Shown here: positions 63,530 to 64,000 of the stretch, one piece after another
Position numbering within the stretch: the stretch's first letter is position 1
How the letters are laid out: each line of letters starts with the position of its first letter
Source of the DNA: Tubulanus polymorphus
Taxonomy: Eukaryota > Animalia > Nemertea
DNA: 64,000 nt
Assembly (NCBI RefSeq): GCF_964204645.1
Contig: NC_134030.1
Coordinates: 13,634,656-13,698,655 of the forward strand
Reading direction: 5' to 3'
Program-made: the position numbers and the translations under genes
The notes under the pieces: model-generated
What the model was told of the DNA's origin: nothing
What the model saw: only the letters and a program-made list of their open reading frames with translations
Database searches by the model: none

Positions 63530-63669
63530 GGGGCTAGAGACGGGAAGATACTAGGAATGAAACTGAATAACAAGTCAACTATAGTAATTGATTATTTTCG
63601 CCCTCGGGGCTAGAGACGGGAAGATACTAGGAATGAAACTGATTAACTAGTCAACTATAGTAATTGATT
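63530..63669 (+). repeat. Tandem duplication, 2 x about 76 bp, just upstream of an exon acceptor
   Basis: ggggctagagacgggaagatactaggaatgaaactga...agtcaactatagtaattgatt occurs twice. Confidence 0.85.
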
Positions 63670-63718
63670 GAACCATTCTTGATCAACTTAATTCCCTTTT
63701 CTCTATTTTCATTTTCAG

Positions 63719-63970
63719 ATGATTATAACAGCTCTGGAAGTTCAGGTCGCAATACACTAGAGAGTAGCCGTAGCACTGGTGGATGTGTGGATACGTTAGA
63801 GGATAACGACGACCGTTATGATGAAACCGAAGTTATACCTAACATCTCTGCTGCACCTTCTCAAGCTCCCCAGCAGCCGGTCATAGAAGTTGACGACCAG
63901 GATATATACGATGAATTCGACGATATTTGCGTACCGGAACCTATGACTCAACTGTTCACTGGCGAAAAAG
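63719..63970 (+). CDS. Putative SKAP2/AFAP1-type adaptor, exon 3 (acidic, DDRYDE and QDIYDE tyrosine motifs); gene continues beyond the window
   Basis: Strong polypyrimidine acceptor ctctattttcattttcag; 252 nt open in phase; donor G|gtaaaa. Confidence 0.7.
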
Positions 63971-64000
63971 GTAAAATATACACTGATCTCGCATTTAACT

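Noticed and set aside
1-64000. Novel prokaryote-style defence or retron system, or an intact autonomous transposon
   Set aside because: All RT, integrase, transposase and helicase sequences are fragmented eukaryotic TE relics; no operon-like structure, tRNA or rRNA was recognised.

Overview
AT-rich, intron-rich animal genomic DNA, probably from an invertebrate (inferred from the transposon repertoire; the taxon cannot be fixed from sequence alone). It is not prokaryotic, and most ORFs in the supplied track are spurious or transposon debris. I reconstructed three spliced host genes by hand with GT-AG junctions and consistent intron phases. (1) A DNAJC4-like J-domain co-chaperone on the - strand (coding exons 29387-29289, 18205-17997, 17101-16913, 4312-4226). 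(2) CCDC12/Cwf18 on the + strand (34404-34549, 41536-41674, 42027-42138, 51640-51713), head-to-head with the DNAJC4-like gene. (3) The 5' part of a probable SKAP2/AFAP1-type adaptor gene on the + strand (58839-59166, 61288-61584, 63719-63970), running off the window. The introns hold many, often nested, transposon remnants: a Helitron Rep/helicase relic, two families of non-autonomous Helentron-type (DINE-1/HINE-like) elements with three copies each, BEL/Pao, piggyBac, hAT-like, CR1/L2-group LINEs, and MITEs with readable TSDs of 3, 4, 5, 6, 8 and about 9 bp. The most notable observations are: a rolling-circle family carrying a captured LINE RT fragment and interchangeable central tandem arrays, with filled and empty sites both visible; CA-terminal TIR elements with 5-6 bp TSDs; a probable Helitron enclosing a 3.3 kb 5'-intact LINE; and inverted copies of one element bracketing two DNAJC4 exons. 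I found no convincing evidence of a wholly new gene system.
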